The notes below the pieces were generated by a model, which was given only the letters and a program-made list of their open reading frames with translations, was not told the DNA's origin and ran no database searches. A stretch of 64,000 nt of DNA from Callorhinchus milii (lineage: Eukaryota), in NCBI RefSeq assembly GCF_018977255.1, contig NW_024704745.1, positions 12,090,001-12,154,000 of the forward strand. The letters run 5' to 3'. The position numbers and the translations under genes were made by a program. Below, one piece after another: positions 38,095 to 52,434 of the stretch. How positions within the stretch are numbered: the stretch's first letter is position 1; each line of letters opens with the position of its first letter.

Positions 38095-38472
38095 GTGTCT
38101 GTACTGCTCAAAGACTTGTGCAAGTACAAGAAAGCCCCCTGGTCCGAGCCGAAGGTTATCACATAACCATCCTGTGTAATGTGAGCGGATACTCAGGCTC
38201 AACACAGCAGAACTTCGAGTGGTCGATCTATCTTCCTTCTGCCCCGGAAAGACAAATCCAGATCATCAGCACTAATGACCCTACCTTCCCCTACGCGGTG
38301 TATGGAAACAGAGTGCAAAATAAAGAGATCTACATTGAGAGAGTTGACAGAGACTCAGTGCTTTTACACATCACAAACCTACAACCTGAAGATGCTGGGC
38401 AATACGAGTGTCACACTCCCAACACAGAATCGGCCTACTGGGGCTCCTACAGTGCCAAGGGGAACTTGATAG
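38095..38472 (+). CDS. IGSF3: IGSF3 exon, Ig V domain 1
   Basis: Acceptor TTCCAG|GT and donor ATAG|GTAAGC; 378 nt, phase 1-1. Encodes QRLVQVQESPLVRAEGYHITILCNVSGY...EDAGQYECHTP...GSYSAKGNLI, closely matching IGSF3 domain 1 as I recall it. Confidence 0.96.
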
Positions 38473-40184
38473 GTAAGCAGCATTTGGATTAAAAACTGAT
38501 CGATTCCCTTTGTTCATGTATTGCACAAGCATAACAACAGTGAAACTTCAGATGTGAAACTTACACTTCGTAAAAAAAAAATGCTTTTTAATGTAATGCT
38601 CCATAATTAGTTGATAGATGATTCAAGATGTGCCAGTAATTTTTTTTTAAACAATCGCACTTGAAGAAAGATTTATAGATCGAGAAACAATTAACTTACA
38701 TTGTGAAGCGTGGCAAACTTCATCCATCATGTGAATGTACTTTCTCCTTTATAGGCCTTCCGCTTACTATCAATTCGCTTCCATTTATTTGCCGTGCCTG
38801 CTTTTGTCATGGCTTCTAATATCAAAAAGAATGGAATGGTTAGAATGGCCCCAAGTGCAATACATTATTCAAAGTAGTTGATCGCAATAGTACTTTGCAT
38901 CCCAGGATTCTTGAGTAATGAGTCCCAGTTGGGAGCAGTTTTACTGGAGGAGGTGTCCCTGATGAAGAACCAGGCAAAGAGACGAGACAACAATGACATT
39001 ACATGTGTAGTGAAGGAACCACAATGAATAAAGCATGGGCAAATTTACTTTTAGTAATCTATTGAAATATATCATATATATTGTGTATGGTTGCTCAATC
39101 GTGTACATCTATCTATGATTCCATCTATGAATCTGCATTGTCTCTCCCCATCACAGCATCGAGCTGCTTTTTAAATGAGTCTGTCTCAACGAAGTGATAA
39201 GGTACTATATCAAATGCAAGGATTATTATGTTATTATAATTACTGAACTGGGCAATGTGTAAGGTTGATCTCATTGATATCTTCAGGTCCATATTTGGAG
39301 AGCCAGAAAAAGCTAGAAAACAATTTGATTGCTAAATAATGGCTTCTAATAGACGTATAAAAAATGTAATGTACATATTACACAATGTAGGTATTACACA
39401 AAAAGTTTAAGCTGTACTTAATGATTAACTATCAGTCTATCTGCTTCCACTCTTTGGAACTTCATCTCGGAGAACCCTCTACTTGCCACCTCCCTCACCT
39501 TTTTCAAGGTCCTTCTCAATACGTTCTTTGTCCGTGCCTTCGGTCATCGATATGAAAGGCTCTGTATAAATGTAAATTTGCATTGTATTTTCTATTGGAG
39601 CTTGTACAAAATAAGGCTCCAGAACGAGTGTGTGCAGCTGACCATTTACTGGGATATTGTTAGTTATTTCCAGTCTGAGACAGCTGTTGGTGCCATTGTC
39701 TGTATGATTGGATGTACTGTAGTAATAAGCTTTTCCTGGTGAATAGAGCAGAGGCTTAGCTTTATAACAGAAGCTGTCAAACACAGAGCCGGTCAGAAAC
39801 AATTTATAATCTTTCAAAATAAAACAAACCAAAAATTAAAAATGTAGATGGCCAAAAGCATAAATAATTCAGTCTAATTCAGCAATTTTTCTGCCAGAGG
39901 AACCAACTAAACACTGCTCGAGGCAGCTTATTACCCACATAATCCAAAAAAATAGAAAAATTTACAAAAATAAGTATCATACCTTAGCCACAGGTCAGAC
40001 GTTTTTCCTTCTGTGTCACCACTAATGAAAGTCATTGCCAGACTGTGTGTTGCTAATATCAAGCAATGTGTGAGAGCACAGATGTAGTTTATTCTGACCA
40101 TTAGCCATGTTTTCAGGATTTCCAAATCATTATGGAACTGGTATGGGGGGGGGAAGAAAATCAATCTTTATTTTATATTATAAT

Positions 40185-40534
40185 AATCCTTGCATTTGAT
40201 ATAGTGCCTTATCACTTAGTTGAAATGTCTCAAAGCACTTCACAGAATCTGTTGTATATTGACTGTGTGTTTTGTGGCGAAACACGGCAGCCCAATTGCG
40301 CACAGCAGTGTCCCGCAAACAGTTGTGGATTGAGTGATCAAATTTTTGTTGGCGGGGGGTGTTGTTATCCCTGGAACGCAATCCATCAATCGACTAATGA
40401 CTGGCTTCCTACTTACTGTTAGGTAAACAGAGGAGTGTGGAGTAAGGAAACTTTCCTAAGGTTTTACCCGGAAATCAAATCCGTGTCCTGTCGCTTGCAA
40501 GGCGAGCGCTCTAACCACTATGCTACAGGACTCC
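40185..40534 (-). mobile_element. SINE family A
   Basis: Reverse-complement head at 40480-40534, with core and tail. Confidence 0.85.
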
Positions 40535-42082
40535 ATTTTAAATTAGATTTCTCACTGCTCCTGAATGCTTTAAGCTTCTGCTTCGGTAACAGTTCTGCAG
40601 GTCAGTGGCTGCTTCCCAATGCTCTTGCCAAGTGGCTGTTCTACATGCAGAGCATGCCACAACTCTCACGGGAAGTCTCCCTACTCCCAACAAATGACAC
40701 ATCTTCCAGCAGGGATCACTGTGGCCGACAACGCTCCAGAAAAATCTTTCACTGGCCTCGTGGCTGCTGGTGGGACTTTGCTGTGGTACACAAAGGTTAC
40801 TGGGTTTGTTTACAAATAAGTTACATGATAGTCATTTTTGTAAAGCGCTTTGAGATGTTTCAGCTTCACAGAAGCTGTAAAAATGCAGATTGTTTTCTTG
40901 ATGCACACCACTGTCAATCTCTGAGCTGTGGAGAATGAGCCAACACACAGAAAAAGGAGTAAAACAAACCTTGCCCATAAAGTAGTGTGTGAAAATGAGA
41001 AGAGTTGGGCCTCGCTAAGATTACAGCAGGGTAACCCATCTGTATGACTGGTGCTTAAATTACAGTCGGAGCTTAGCATTCAAACCCACTGGTCCTTAAA
41101 GAGCGATTCCAGACCATAGGGACTACTGTTAAATATAATGCATAAATAACCTTTCCGTCGAGTGGAGGGGAAGGATTTTTTTCCTTGAGCCTGATGTAAG
41201 GGAGCTGGATTAATCTACATGGTTGAAAAGGCACAGTGACAGAAGCTCCCTAGGCTTTAATGAGATGGGATTTTTGAATTGGCGGCACTATGTGCTTGAT
41301 TGCCGGTGGGTGGGAAATGGTTCCAGACATTGTCAGAGATATTTTTCTTCTGTGCATATTTCAAAATGTTAATTTTTATCTCAGGCCATTCCTGACTGTT
41401 TTAACAAGTGATACGTTGTTGAATAGTTTTCGATGATGGAAAGAAAAGATGGCTGAGCCTGCGGGGACATGTGATCACTCAGTGGAGAATAGTCAATTAT
41501 ACAGAGAACCCGATACCCACACAAAATGGGATCAGCCCCATCGTGGATATGCAGTAATATCAGTGTGGAGAATGAAGTTGCTGTTTATCTCCATTGACTA
41601 AATTGATTTTAAAATCCCCAGTATTTTGCAACAAGCTGGAATCTATGGAACAGAATGATGTCCCATAGATATTTTACAACGATTTTGAAATCCAGCCTTT
41701 TTAAGCTTATTAAACGAGGGGTTGCAGGCTTTTAAAGTACAGTTGTTCAATCAACCCAGTCTTGTTTCACAGCATTGTGTTTGGAAACCTTTTAATTTCT
41801 GCATTCGTCACTCAGCGAGTGGAATCAATAGGTCAGGGAAATATTGTCAATGCCAGTGCATGTGGTGACTGATATTAAACAATTTCTTATTTTACAATCA
41901 ATTGAGTTAACACTGTGATCTCATGGTGGATGGTGGTTCTTTACTCTACACCATGGTTTGTGAGTGGCAAAACCTGCTGCTTTTCAACTTGATATCCTGA
42001 GCCTCCCACTGTTTAGCCTGCAGTTTCCACCAGCCATACAAGCATACCAGAGCTAAGGACTTTGCTTTATCTTTATCTAAGT

Positions 42083-42410
42083 GGACCCCTGTAGCTTAGT
42101 GATTAGACCTCTCGCCTCGCAAGCGAGAGGAAATGGGTTCGATTCCTGGGTAGGGCAAAATGTTGAGCAAGTTTCTTTACTCAACATGCCTCTGTCTGCC
42201 GAGCAGTAAGTAGGAATCCGGTTTTTAGTTGATTGGCGGATCACGTTTCGGAGGTTATAATCCCTCCAAAACAAATAAATGATAAAAATGTTGAGACTCT
42301 ATCCGCGACTGTTTGTGGGACACTGTGGTTCACAGTATATTCTGTGAAGCGCTTTGAAATGCCACTAAGACGTGATAAGGCGCTATATCAAATGCAAGGA
42401 TTATTACTAT
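42083..42410 (+). mobile_element. SINE family A
   Basis: CTCGC-CTCGCAA-GCGAG anticodon-like arm, GGGTTCGATTCC B box, core and tail. Confidence 0.87.
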
Positions 42411-44097
42411 ACTTATAAGCAGCCTTAATTTTTTAAATCAAGAACAGAGGTACGAGGTACAGGGGCAGGGAGGAAGGGTTTGTTTTCAAATGAACACTGA
42501 CACAAGTAGAAGAGAAGCCCTGCATAAATATCAAGAAGCCCAAACCTTGATCGAATGAAGTGGCAGAGTATTATCCGACTGCACTGAATAGGTGGTGACC
42601 AGGGGTGTCCTATGGCATAAAACTGTGGTTTACATCCATATCCTTAACTCCTGACCTATGGCCCTACAGATTTCATCGATTTGGGCTAGCTGCCAAAGAG
42701 TTAATTGATCTGCTGTGTGTCTGGCATCTTATAATATTAATAATCTTGCATTTGATGTCGTCGAAACATCTTAAACCGCTTCACTGGATATTTTATGTGA
42801 GGTGTAGTGACCGCGTGGTTTATAGACAACCCATAATCCCAACCCTAAGATTGTCCGCAATCACCTTGTCTCAGTCTTGTCTCTTAACATTCCCAGTTTC
42901 TGCAATCTTCCATTAATTAAGGTGCCCACTCCCATTTTTTTTCTTTCAAATTGCCCATCATTGTACCTTTTCCTACACAAGAAATATTATTACTGAAGAA
43001 TATCAGTATACCTTCAGAAGTGTTTACCTAAAGTCAGAGTGTTTAAATATTAATTCAATTGTAATATTAATATCTTGGCATTAACTTTTTAAAAAATGCA
43101 GTTGTGTTAAATTATGCGCCCGATTTTGATGCAACAAAACCATTGTGTCTTCAGAGAAATAGACCAAGTCAGACAGATGTTTGGTTGAAGGTGTGAGTGA
43201 ACCCCTGCTGTACACCAAGCTGCCCGTTGGGTCAGTCCTGTCATCCAGTTCCTGCACGGATTCTTCTACGATTAGCAATGAGTCCCCGCAAACTGCTGTC
43301 TCCATTCGCGTCCATTTGTTGCTTAAGTTTTCGCTGCTTTCAGGCCTGTTACTGACTCTGAATTATTCATCTCTCCAGCTGGATGGTGCAATCGTGCACA
43401 CACCCTAGGGCTTGTGAATCAGATGCACACTTCTGCTCTCCTGAATGCTGATTCCGAATGAAAGATTCAGAATGATATTAATACACTCATTTTACATAAG
43501 GCTTATGAATTCAATGCATTCACACCTCGACTACTCTGATGCCAGACAACTCAGCAGCACAACTCTTTTTTCCCTTCCCTACTTACTCTCCTGTAAGAAC
43601 TCATTTTTTCCGTACCCTTGAGGTTCACATACAAAGCATCCTCAACCCAAGTATGGGTTTTCTAAACCCTGTTCTCTGATATCCCAGTGACCACCAGAAG
43701 CTTCGGAATGGCTTCAGTCCAACAATTGTGTCTATGTGGTGCAAGGCAGTTGGGAAGGGGTAGGAAAATATTCTGGCTTGAAACCATTCTATAATTATCA
43801 ACTGAAATTTATGGTGTTTCTTTATAGATTCAATTTGACATTGAACATGTTATAAAACACAATTGTATTTTCATCCCTGAGTATTGTAATCCCAGCTGTT
43901 CTGCTCTTTCTCTGCACTCATAATATCGCTCTTCAAATGCCTTTTTGAAATGTGGTCTTAACTTAAATCACCACTTGTTGCAAAGTGCTCAATCTTTTAA
44001 TGACCCTCTGAATGAAACAGAATTCTTCTGACCACCTCCTTAACCGTTTCAGTGACAATTCACACTCACCTGACAATCAAACGGAACTGGGTTTGAT

Positions 44098-44400
44098 TAC
44101 CGGACAGGGTGAAACCGTTGGCAAGTTTTCTCACACCACACGCTTCTGTTTATGTAGCAGTAAGTAGGAGCCTGGCTGTTAGTCGATTGGCAGATTACTT
44201 TCCAGGGGTAATAAACCCTTCCATTTTTTTTGTAAAAAATCATTTGGTCACTCAATCCATGACTGTTTGTGAGACACTGCTGCGTTTCACCCACAAAATA
44301 TGTAGTTAAATCACTTTACAGTATATTCTGTGAAGCGCTTTGAGACGTCGCAACAATGTGATAAAGCACTATATCAATTGCAAGGATTATTATATGATTA
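44098..44400 (+). mobile_element. SINE family A, 5'-truncated
   Basis: Core and tail present without the A box. A second tail follows at ~44410-44500. Confidence 0.8.
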
Positions 44401-47400
44401 TTATAATTCTTTAATTACACTTTACAGTAAATCCTGTGAAGCTCCTTGAGGCATCTTCCTGAAGTGGCGCGATATCAAATGCAAGGATTATTATTGTTGT
44501 TATAATGAATTCTTGTCCCTACTTAACAATTTACCAGCAAGCAGGAATAATCCTTCAATATGCATGTTCTCAAAACCTTCCTGAATTTTGAAGTCACCTC
44601 TTAGTCTTTCCAGTGAAAAAATCCCAATTTATCAATCCTATCCTCATATCTGTAACTCGACTCTGGCATCTTAGAGTTTAACAGAGATGGTCTAGTTTAC
44701 TCCAGAGAAATCCTTGAATGGGATTTTAAATGTGTAGAATCATGACATTTTTTCTGGTACATCTGAGAATTTGGGTCAAGGGTTTCGTACACTTGTAAAC
44801 TGTAAGCTAGCAAATGTTCTGTTACTACACTTTGACAAGCGTGGCTCGAGAGAAATCTGTCAAAACAAAGGCGGGAGGAGAAATAAGATACGGTGTGAGG
44901 CCCAATTTAGCACTGAGGTCAGCCTGGATTTTACCCTGTTACTGGATTGCAATTATGTAGGTTTTGAAAGGTTGAACAACACAGCAGAGGAAGGAAAAGC
45001 AAAAAAAACAGGAATCACTGTACAATCTGGAGCATAGGTCACAGTTTTATTTAAGAACTTTATGTCCTGTAAACCTGGTAGTGGAGCTTAAGAGATTCTA
45101 TCAGTTGTCAAGGCATAAACAATCAGTAATTCACTCTTAGACTAGAGTCACTAATACACTCCATGTTACAGTGTGTGATATTTACAGCTTTAACCGACTT
45201 CAATGCCCAAGGCAGCAAACCATTTGTAGTAACTCATCATTCTGCGAAATATGATGGTTTCACAGAGCTTTTTTGAGGCCACCCTCTTCCCTGCCCCCAC
45301 CCCCGCGCACACATGGCTTTCAATCTTATTATTAAATGACTAACATTCGCAGCTTCATGACTACCTAAGGGCGGCATCAATACATTAAGTTAGATTCAAT
45401 TAAATTGGAAGTCTGAAGTTGCCAGTGGGAACTGTCAATTGTCTGCTTATCCTGCTCACCATTTTTGCAGAATTGAAGCTGATGCACAGAAGAAATAGAG
45501 AGGAGCTGAATATGCATTTGGAATGAGCATGAAAGCATTATCGGAATAGCATTTTAAACACAGTTCCCTCTCTGATGCGAGTTAGCCCATGTCAAGTGCC
45601 AAAATTGTAGTAGAATAAGCACTCCAAGATGTTATGCTGTGTGAAGGGCACTGTATAAATGCAAGCTGTGGTAAATAATACTTGCATTTTATGTTTTTGT
45701 CTTTTATACTTTTGACATTAGAGGCACAATATCAAATATCGTAAAGAGCATCACGGGGAATTGTTGTCAAGTCCAGTGACGGTCTTTTTGTAGGCAAGAA
45801 AGGCAGTCATCCTGTGCACAGCAAGGTCCCATAAACAGCCAGTGAAGGAAAACTCAAATTTATCTAAAGCATTGTTGGTCAGAACGCCAGGAGAAACTCC
45901 TCTTTTCAAATCATGATGAGGGATCTTTAAAGTCCACCTGAGGGGGCAGATGGAACCAGGTTTTAATTTGAACAATCATCATAAGAATGTTCTCAGCTTG
46001 TTCAGCTAAACAATAAAGGTTTGCCATTAAACATAATGCTCAGTGAGTGCTTGTCCCTGGTTAAGCTTGAACGGGTTAACAAATGTCTGGTGTATAGTTT
46101 GTACGATTAGTTCTCTGCTCCAGTGTTATTTTTAGCTGGCATTCCATCCCCATATCTCTGGTACAGACCAGAAGGTCTAGACCTCAGCTTGCAGACAGCA
46201 GTGAGACATTCAATGGGTCGGATTTCAACAGAGGGTACAGAGGTATATTAAAGCTTTGTGTGATTGCATGTGCAAATATTACATAAGGTTAACTCACACT
46301 TTAAACCCGTGGCACTGAATTATTGTTTTTAAATATGATTCGCACCTTCAATTTGAAGTTGAAAGTAAACTGTGTAACTAAAACATAAGGATAGGATTTT
46401 TTCACTTTCCTCACAATGCAATGAAGCATTTGATACATTCCTAGACCCAATTAGTTGTATAAATCTAAATTGTTGTTGTCACTAACACAAACCTGCTTAT
46501 TTCTGACCTTACCTTACATTAAATGTACTGTTGATCCTGTGAAGTGCTTTCTTTCAGACACCTTCCCGATGTGAAAGGCGTTACATTTGGAAAAGAGGAA
46601 GGTGTGCTAAAAGTGCAGTGTAATAGTTCACCCAATGTTTCTTGAATAAATGAGGTTACTTCTTAAATAAATGATGCTTTTCACAAATAACATGAAACGA
46701 ATACCACACAAAAAAAATGAAATGCTCCGTACTGCTGAGGTAAGATCGTAATGCTGTCCATGGTAAATTGAGGCACATTAATAATTAAAGAGCCAAGATC
46801 TGACCTTCACGTTGACATTTTTATGTTAGCAATCAATAATTTCAAATAACCCAGTTTATGGAAGTTGACTGTGAATGACAGGAAGTGCAGATTTTTTTCA
46901 AAATACCTCCAGCAGATGATTCACTCAATTGCACTTAAGTGTATATCCTTTCAGCGTGTAAACCATGTATTGTATAACCCTCGTGTCTGCAGCAAAATAA
47001 ATGTTTGGTGTTATAGCAAATAGTTTTTTGGTGAGAGGTTTCTCTAAGTGAGGTCAAAAGGTTGTTAAGTTCCCCAAGGCAGCAATGCCTTTCGATTCAG
47101 TTCTGTGATAGCCACCGTGAACAGTTTGTTTGCATCTATTGTAGTTCCAAAAACATTAAGCACTTAGACACTAGAGTAGAATCATCCATTTCTAGGTGCA
47201 TGCATCCATGGCAACTTCCCGCCTCATGTCGCTATGTGAATACAAATCTCAATGTGTGCAACAGAGATGCAGTTTACTCAATGAAGTTCAACTTAACGTA
47301 CTCAAGTTAAATGTTTACTCCTAAACATAAAGTACCAACAGAAGATTGCTAAATGCTTTAGCGGAATAAACTGTGACATTGTGTACATTTGAGGCATTAA

Positions 47401-50400
47401 TATCTAGTATTCATAAATAATTTATCCAGCTACACTCTATTTTTTGAGCTGCAAGAAAGGAACATGGCAGCCTATTGCCAAAATGTCATTCTACACCCTG
47501 GAGGTAGAGTTGGTCTCACTACACATTTGTCTCTTTGCCAAAGCCCTGAACATAAGGACTTTGATTGAGCAGATGGTGTCCAGCAAAGTGTGATATGTGG
47601 ATTTAGACTTGGACATCTAGAATATTGTGGTGATTAGCACATGTACAGCAGATCTTTCCACTCCACTGAAAGTGGATGTTTGTTATCTCATGATACCAGA
47701 ATGTCATCCTATGGCGTCGCTGAGTGAGTTTGGCACTTTTGCCGCTAATTGATTCCACGCCCTAAAGGAACTACGTTGATACTGCTCAGAAGTTGTAAAG
47801 TTAAAGTCCAGTGTCCAAAAGTCTAATTGGCATTCAGCCAAAAAATATACACAGTCACATCGGTTTATAGTATATCCTGTGAGGCACTTTAGGATATCTC
47901 AATAATGTGATGAAACATTATATTAAATGCAAGAATTATTATTAATTTCTGACCCATTGTACAATCAATGTTATGGTAACTGCACAGCACATCATTTATT
48001 CAGCTAGGACTGCCTCACTTGTTAAGAGTTTTGGCTTACACGATTGAGAAATTTCTGTCTTTATTTTTAAGATGTCAGTCTCTTTGGCTGCCAGTTCAGC
48101 CCTAGGGCACCCATCTTAACTCCAGCAGAAGGATATACAGTATTTTGTAGACTTGGCAGTAATTTTATTAATCTCAAAAGCATGGAAGGTTGAATGGACA
48201 CAAAATTATTAAAACCCAGACCTTTTGAGTCCCAAGTACAATGCTCAAAATATCTGAGCTATCCAGAATTGTTTAATGCATTTTAGTGTAATGTACTGTA
48301 ATAATTTCATTTTCTTGTTACAGCATTACATTCAAAACATTAGAACATGTATTATTTTACAATGGTTTTACATTGACATGGGCATACCCACTTTTCCAGT
48401 TTAAACACATTTGGAAGAAAAATAATTTTGACACTTCCCTATATTAGCAATCCTTTATTGATGTTCAATAAGCTAGTTGGAAATCAATGAGCTCCCATTT
48501 CCCATCAGCTGAAATTGGCTGTTGTACTAAAGGCGAGACCAAACTTTTCCTGGGGGACAGTGAAGGTTGAAACTGAGCTGGAAGCAAAGAAACAGGCTGT
48601 TCGTTTTTGGACACTGAGCCCGGCTCAAAGGACAATCAGTCATCGAAAAGTACAGTAGCTAATATTACAACATGATACATCAAACAATATCAGTATCAGA
48701 TAGAGGTGCAGCTTTGCCAAACTAAGACCCCAATATTAATTCAGGTAAGACCCCAGCTTGGGTGCAAACCCTCGACTGTCCAGCGCCTTGAGACATCCTC
48801 CCGACGTGAAAGGCACTATATAAATGCAATTGTGTTGTTGTTGATTTTATTAGTGCAGTCGCTCTTGTAAGTCAACACCCTAATCTCCCCTCTCGAAAAT
48901 GCTTTGTTTGAGAAGGACCATCCTGATATGACTTATTTTCTTGTCCCTGGGTAAAGAGTCATGTCTCACAAATGTGTCAACCATCCTGTTAGTTAATTAT
49001 ACACTAATTGCATTGTTTTATAGCCTGAATTAGCGAGAATTAGTGGCCACGCAGAACACAAACATCCCATAGGATCCTACATTTTCAGAGAGTCTGATTA
49101 CTTAGTCTTGGTAACTTTGTCTCATAATACATGATGCCTTTTACTGGTCACACTGCCAGCAAAGGAGAGAGGTCTTAATACCCACTCACTTTACCCTGCT
49201 TGGGGCAATCCTATCATTGGAATCAGTTGAAGGAGTTATGGAAGTATTTTGCTTGGTGTTTTTAAGTCTCAAAACATCTCACTCTGTTCCCCAGCTGAGA
49301 TTTTTTTCTGTAGTTCTTCTTGGATCCCAATCCATGCCATCCACCTTTGGGGAGGAACAAACTTGATAGAAATTATGCCTCGTTGAAATATTTAGAAACA
49401 GATTACATTTTAACTGACTTGAGCAAACATACTGGGATGGGGAAGAAAATATAAGTGTGAAATATAAGGTCTATGCCTCTTACAACTTATCAATTCCATA
49501 CTTAAGAAAACTCCACCCAATTCACGCTGCACCTCTCTAGGAAACCAGTTTTGATTTGCTTACTTGCTCCCATTTGGATTTTTCTGAATCAAGTCAAACT
49601 GGCTTCAGTCAGGAAATAATTCAAGTCCTCAAAACCACAAGAGAATATTCATAAATCTCTTCAAACAGCTAGCAGCAATATATATATTGGTGGGCGGAGG
49701 GGAGAGAGAGAGGAAGAAAAAAGCATTTAATGTAGCAGTTGTGGATGATCAGAACTCAGCTTGTGCTGGGGTGTTTAATGCATAGAGCTATTATGATCAT
49801 TAACAGTTTAAGAAGTTGTGATGTAACTCAGTAAAGTGCTTATGCAATCCAATTTGCTAATAGAGTCTGACACACTCCACAATATACCAGATGCTTAGAT
49901 ATATTTAATGAATATGTGTTTAAAGTATCAGGAATGTCCAACCTGTAGCAGCGAATAACTCATTAAAACACTTCTATTGAGCTGTGTTTTGGGGCTTTGT
50001 CTAGTAACAGGCCTTGAGCACTCTTGAAAGCATTAAATAAATGGTGATACTGAACGTCGAAGACAGAAACGAGAACTGATTCCCCCACCACACCCACATA
50101 GCTAGGTCACATATTCTGTCCATTTACAAAGCAGATAGGTTCAATTACAATTTGTACATCCTCTAAAAGCTTAAATTATTTGAAAGAAAATTGAGCCCAA
50201 AAAGTGTAAAAGTGCTTTGAAATACCTTTTTTGAATAATGGTAGTACCTAAATCAGGCACAACATATTCAGTCACCATGATAAATTCAGGCTCAGTTGAC
50301 CTACAATCATTGTACTTCAAAGTAAAATCCTGTGAAGTGCTCTGAGACGTCTCAAGACAGGCTAAGATGCTATTTCAAATCCAGTGACTATTATTATGCT

Positions 50401-51364
50401 CTACCACCCTTACATTTATATCGTCGCGCTCGAAGTGCCAATGCTCCTTCAAGTGCATTTACTGGATATCTATTGAGTTAAGTTGTTATCCTGTAGAGTG
50501 GTATTGAAAGGGGTTAGACTGGTGTTCCAACCATCTAAAGAGAAACGTGCTGACTCCAGCCGCTGCCATCTTTGTAACTGCACTGTCTTTCGCATCCTTT
50601 TTGATCTCCATAATGAGTACATGGTTCTTATTACACATTGTGCGTTTTGGAGGGACTTCAAAAAAGTCAATTGCATTTGAGAGAAAAAAAAGTCAAATCT
50701 TAATCGATAAACAAGACTTGAGTGTGACTCTTGACTCTGTGTTAGTAGGTTGTGGATTCAGCCCCTATCGGGATTGAACACATAGACTAAACTTTCCACC
50801 CAATGCTTTATCAGAAGTGCCTGTTTTCAGGTAGATGTTGAAGATCCCATCATACCATTTTAAAAGGGAAGGAAGTCTGTCCTGATCAATAATCCTCATT
50901 CATCTCAATGCTCTGTGTAGGACATTGATGGTGCAAATCTAATTTTGTGTTTGACTACGAAAATATGACATTAATTACTTGTGAAAAACTTTGAAGTGAT
51001 AAGATTCAAGCTCTTTCTTTCTCTATTATTTAAGTTTTCATTTCTCCCCAGTGTCCCATTTAGTGGGCTTCACACAGAGCATAGTATGGCACTGCACATT
51101 ACAGCAGCTCTTGAGATGAACAGCAATGATACTCTGTAAAACAGTCTCCAAAGAGGAGGTTGAATTGAGCAGCATTAGATTGAAGTAAGATAAGATATGC
51201 CACATTTCTTCTCCATCTTTGTAAAGAATTACCCATCCAACAGTGAAATTTATCCAACTTCCTACCCGATTGTGTGTCAAGCTCTCAACCGTTTGAGTAC
51301 AAGACGTTAATGTTTTTTCTGTGGTGTGTAACCTGTAGTTGCTTTCTGCCTTTTTCTCTTGCAG

Positions 51365-51772
51365 TCATTCCAGACACGCTCAGTGCAACATCGGTACCCC
51401 AGACCCTGAGTAAAGTAGAAGGTGACTCTCTGGAGCTGCTGTGTGAGGTGTCAAAACAAACCTTACAGCACACACACTTGGCTGTCTCATGGTACCTACA
51501 GAAGGGAGATCAGAATCTCAAGGTCATCTCTCTAACACGCGATTTTATCCTGCGTCCTGGAGAGGCGTACAGACAGAGACAGGCATCAGGCAACGTCCGG
51601 CTGGACAAGACCGGAGGCACTTTGTACAAATTAACCATCTACAAACTGCAGCCTTTCGATAAAGGAGAGTTTTTTTGTGAGGCCAGAGAGTGGATCCAAG
51701 ACGCAGACAAGAGCTGGTACACCATAGCTACCAAACGCACTGACAAGACGATTGTGAATATAAAAGGTGTAG
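51365..51772 (+). CDS. IGSF3: IGSF3 exon, Ig V domain 2 (contains EWI motif)
   Basis: Acceptor CTCTTGCAG|TC and donor GTAG|GTAAGA; 408 nt, phase 1-1. Encodes VIPDTLSATSVPQTL...LELLCEV...FFCEAREWIQD, with the EWI family signature. Confidence 0.96.
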
Positions 51773-51914
51773 GTAAGACATTCTGTTACAGAGGGAGTAT
51801 TTTTCAGGTCCACTGATCAGTACGAGAACTATATGAATGCATAGAAAATAACCATCTGTTCCCAATAATTTGCCATATGATATGAAAAAGCTCATGTATA
51901 AAACCTAAAAGCCT

Positions 51915-52434
51915 ATTGTCATTATGCCTTCATCACCTCCGGATTTCTCTAATGTTCTTCGCTCAGCCTGGCTTGGCCCTCCAGAAGCTCCAGTCAATCT
52001 ATTACTTTGCCAGACAGTGTCCTCTCCCACACTGCAAGCTCAGTACCCCAAGTTCTACAGGCTCTCTATTGCCCAGCAGACTTGTATGGCTTCTAAATGC
52101 CCCTCTAGAGATCTCCTGTAGTCCAGCTCACCAGTGCACTCTCTTCACTCCACAACCTCAGGCCAGCTACACATCTCCCACCACCTTCACCCCATCAAAA
52201 GCAGTTGAGCCTTCAGCTACTTTGCTCCTGCTCTCTGGAACCTTCCTAAATTACCTCCTCTCGCATCCTCCTCTGCTTTTAAAACCATCGCTTCAATCAT
52301 ATGCCTTTAGTCAATCATATGCCTTTTACCTCCTATTTCACACCCTGCTGAGTTTTCCACTCTATCTCTGAAAAATACTTTGAAAGATTAACCTCCATGA
52401 AAGGCTTTTATATAAGTGCCATTGTTGTTGCTGC
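51915..52434 (+). mobile_element. L2 LINE 3' fragment, degenerate
   Basis: GCCTTCATCACCTCC...CTCCAGAAGCTCCAG...CTCTGGAAC...GAAAGGC...TATAAGTGCCATTGTTGTTG parallels the L2 3' region. Confidence 0.75.

Noticed and set aside
39479-39832. 117-aa minus-strand ORF with protein-like composition
   Set aside because: Its C-terminal part is the antisense of an L2 3' end (~39440-39595). I see no recognisable domain or splice support.
11155-42150. tRNA-like sequences with A/B boxes and a CGC anticodon arm
   Set aside because: Each lacks the 3' acceptor-stem strand and runs into a SINE core and tail. They are SINE heads, not tRNA genes.
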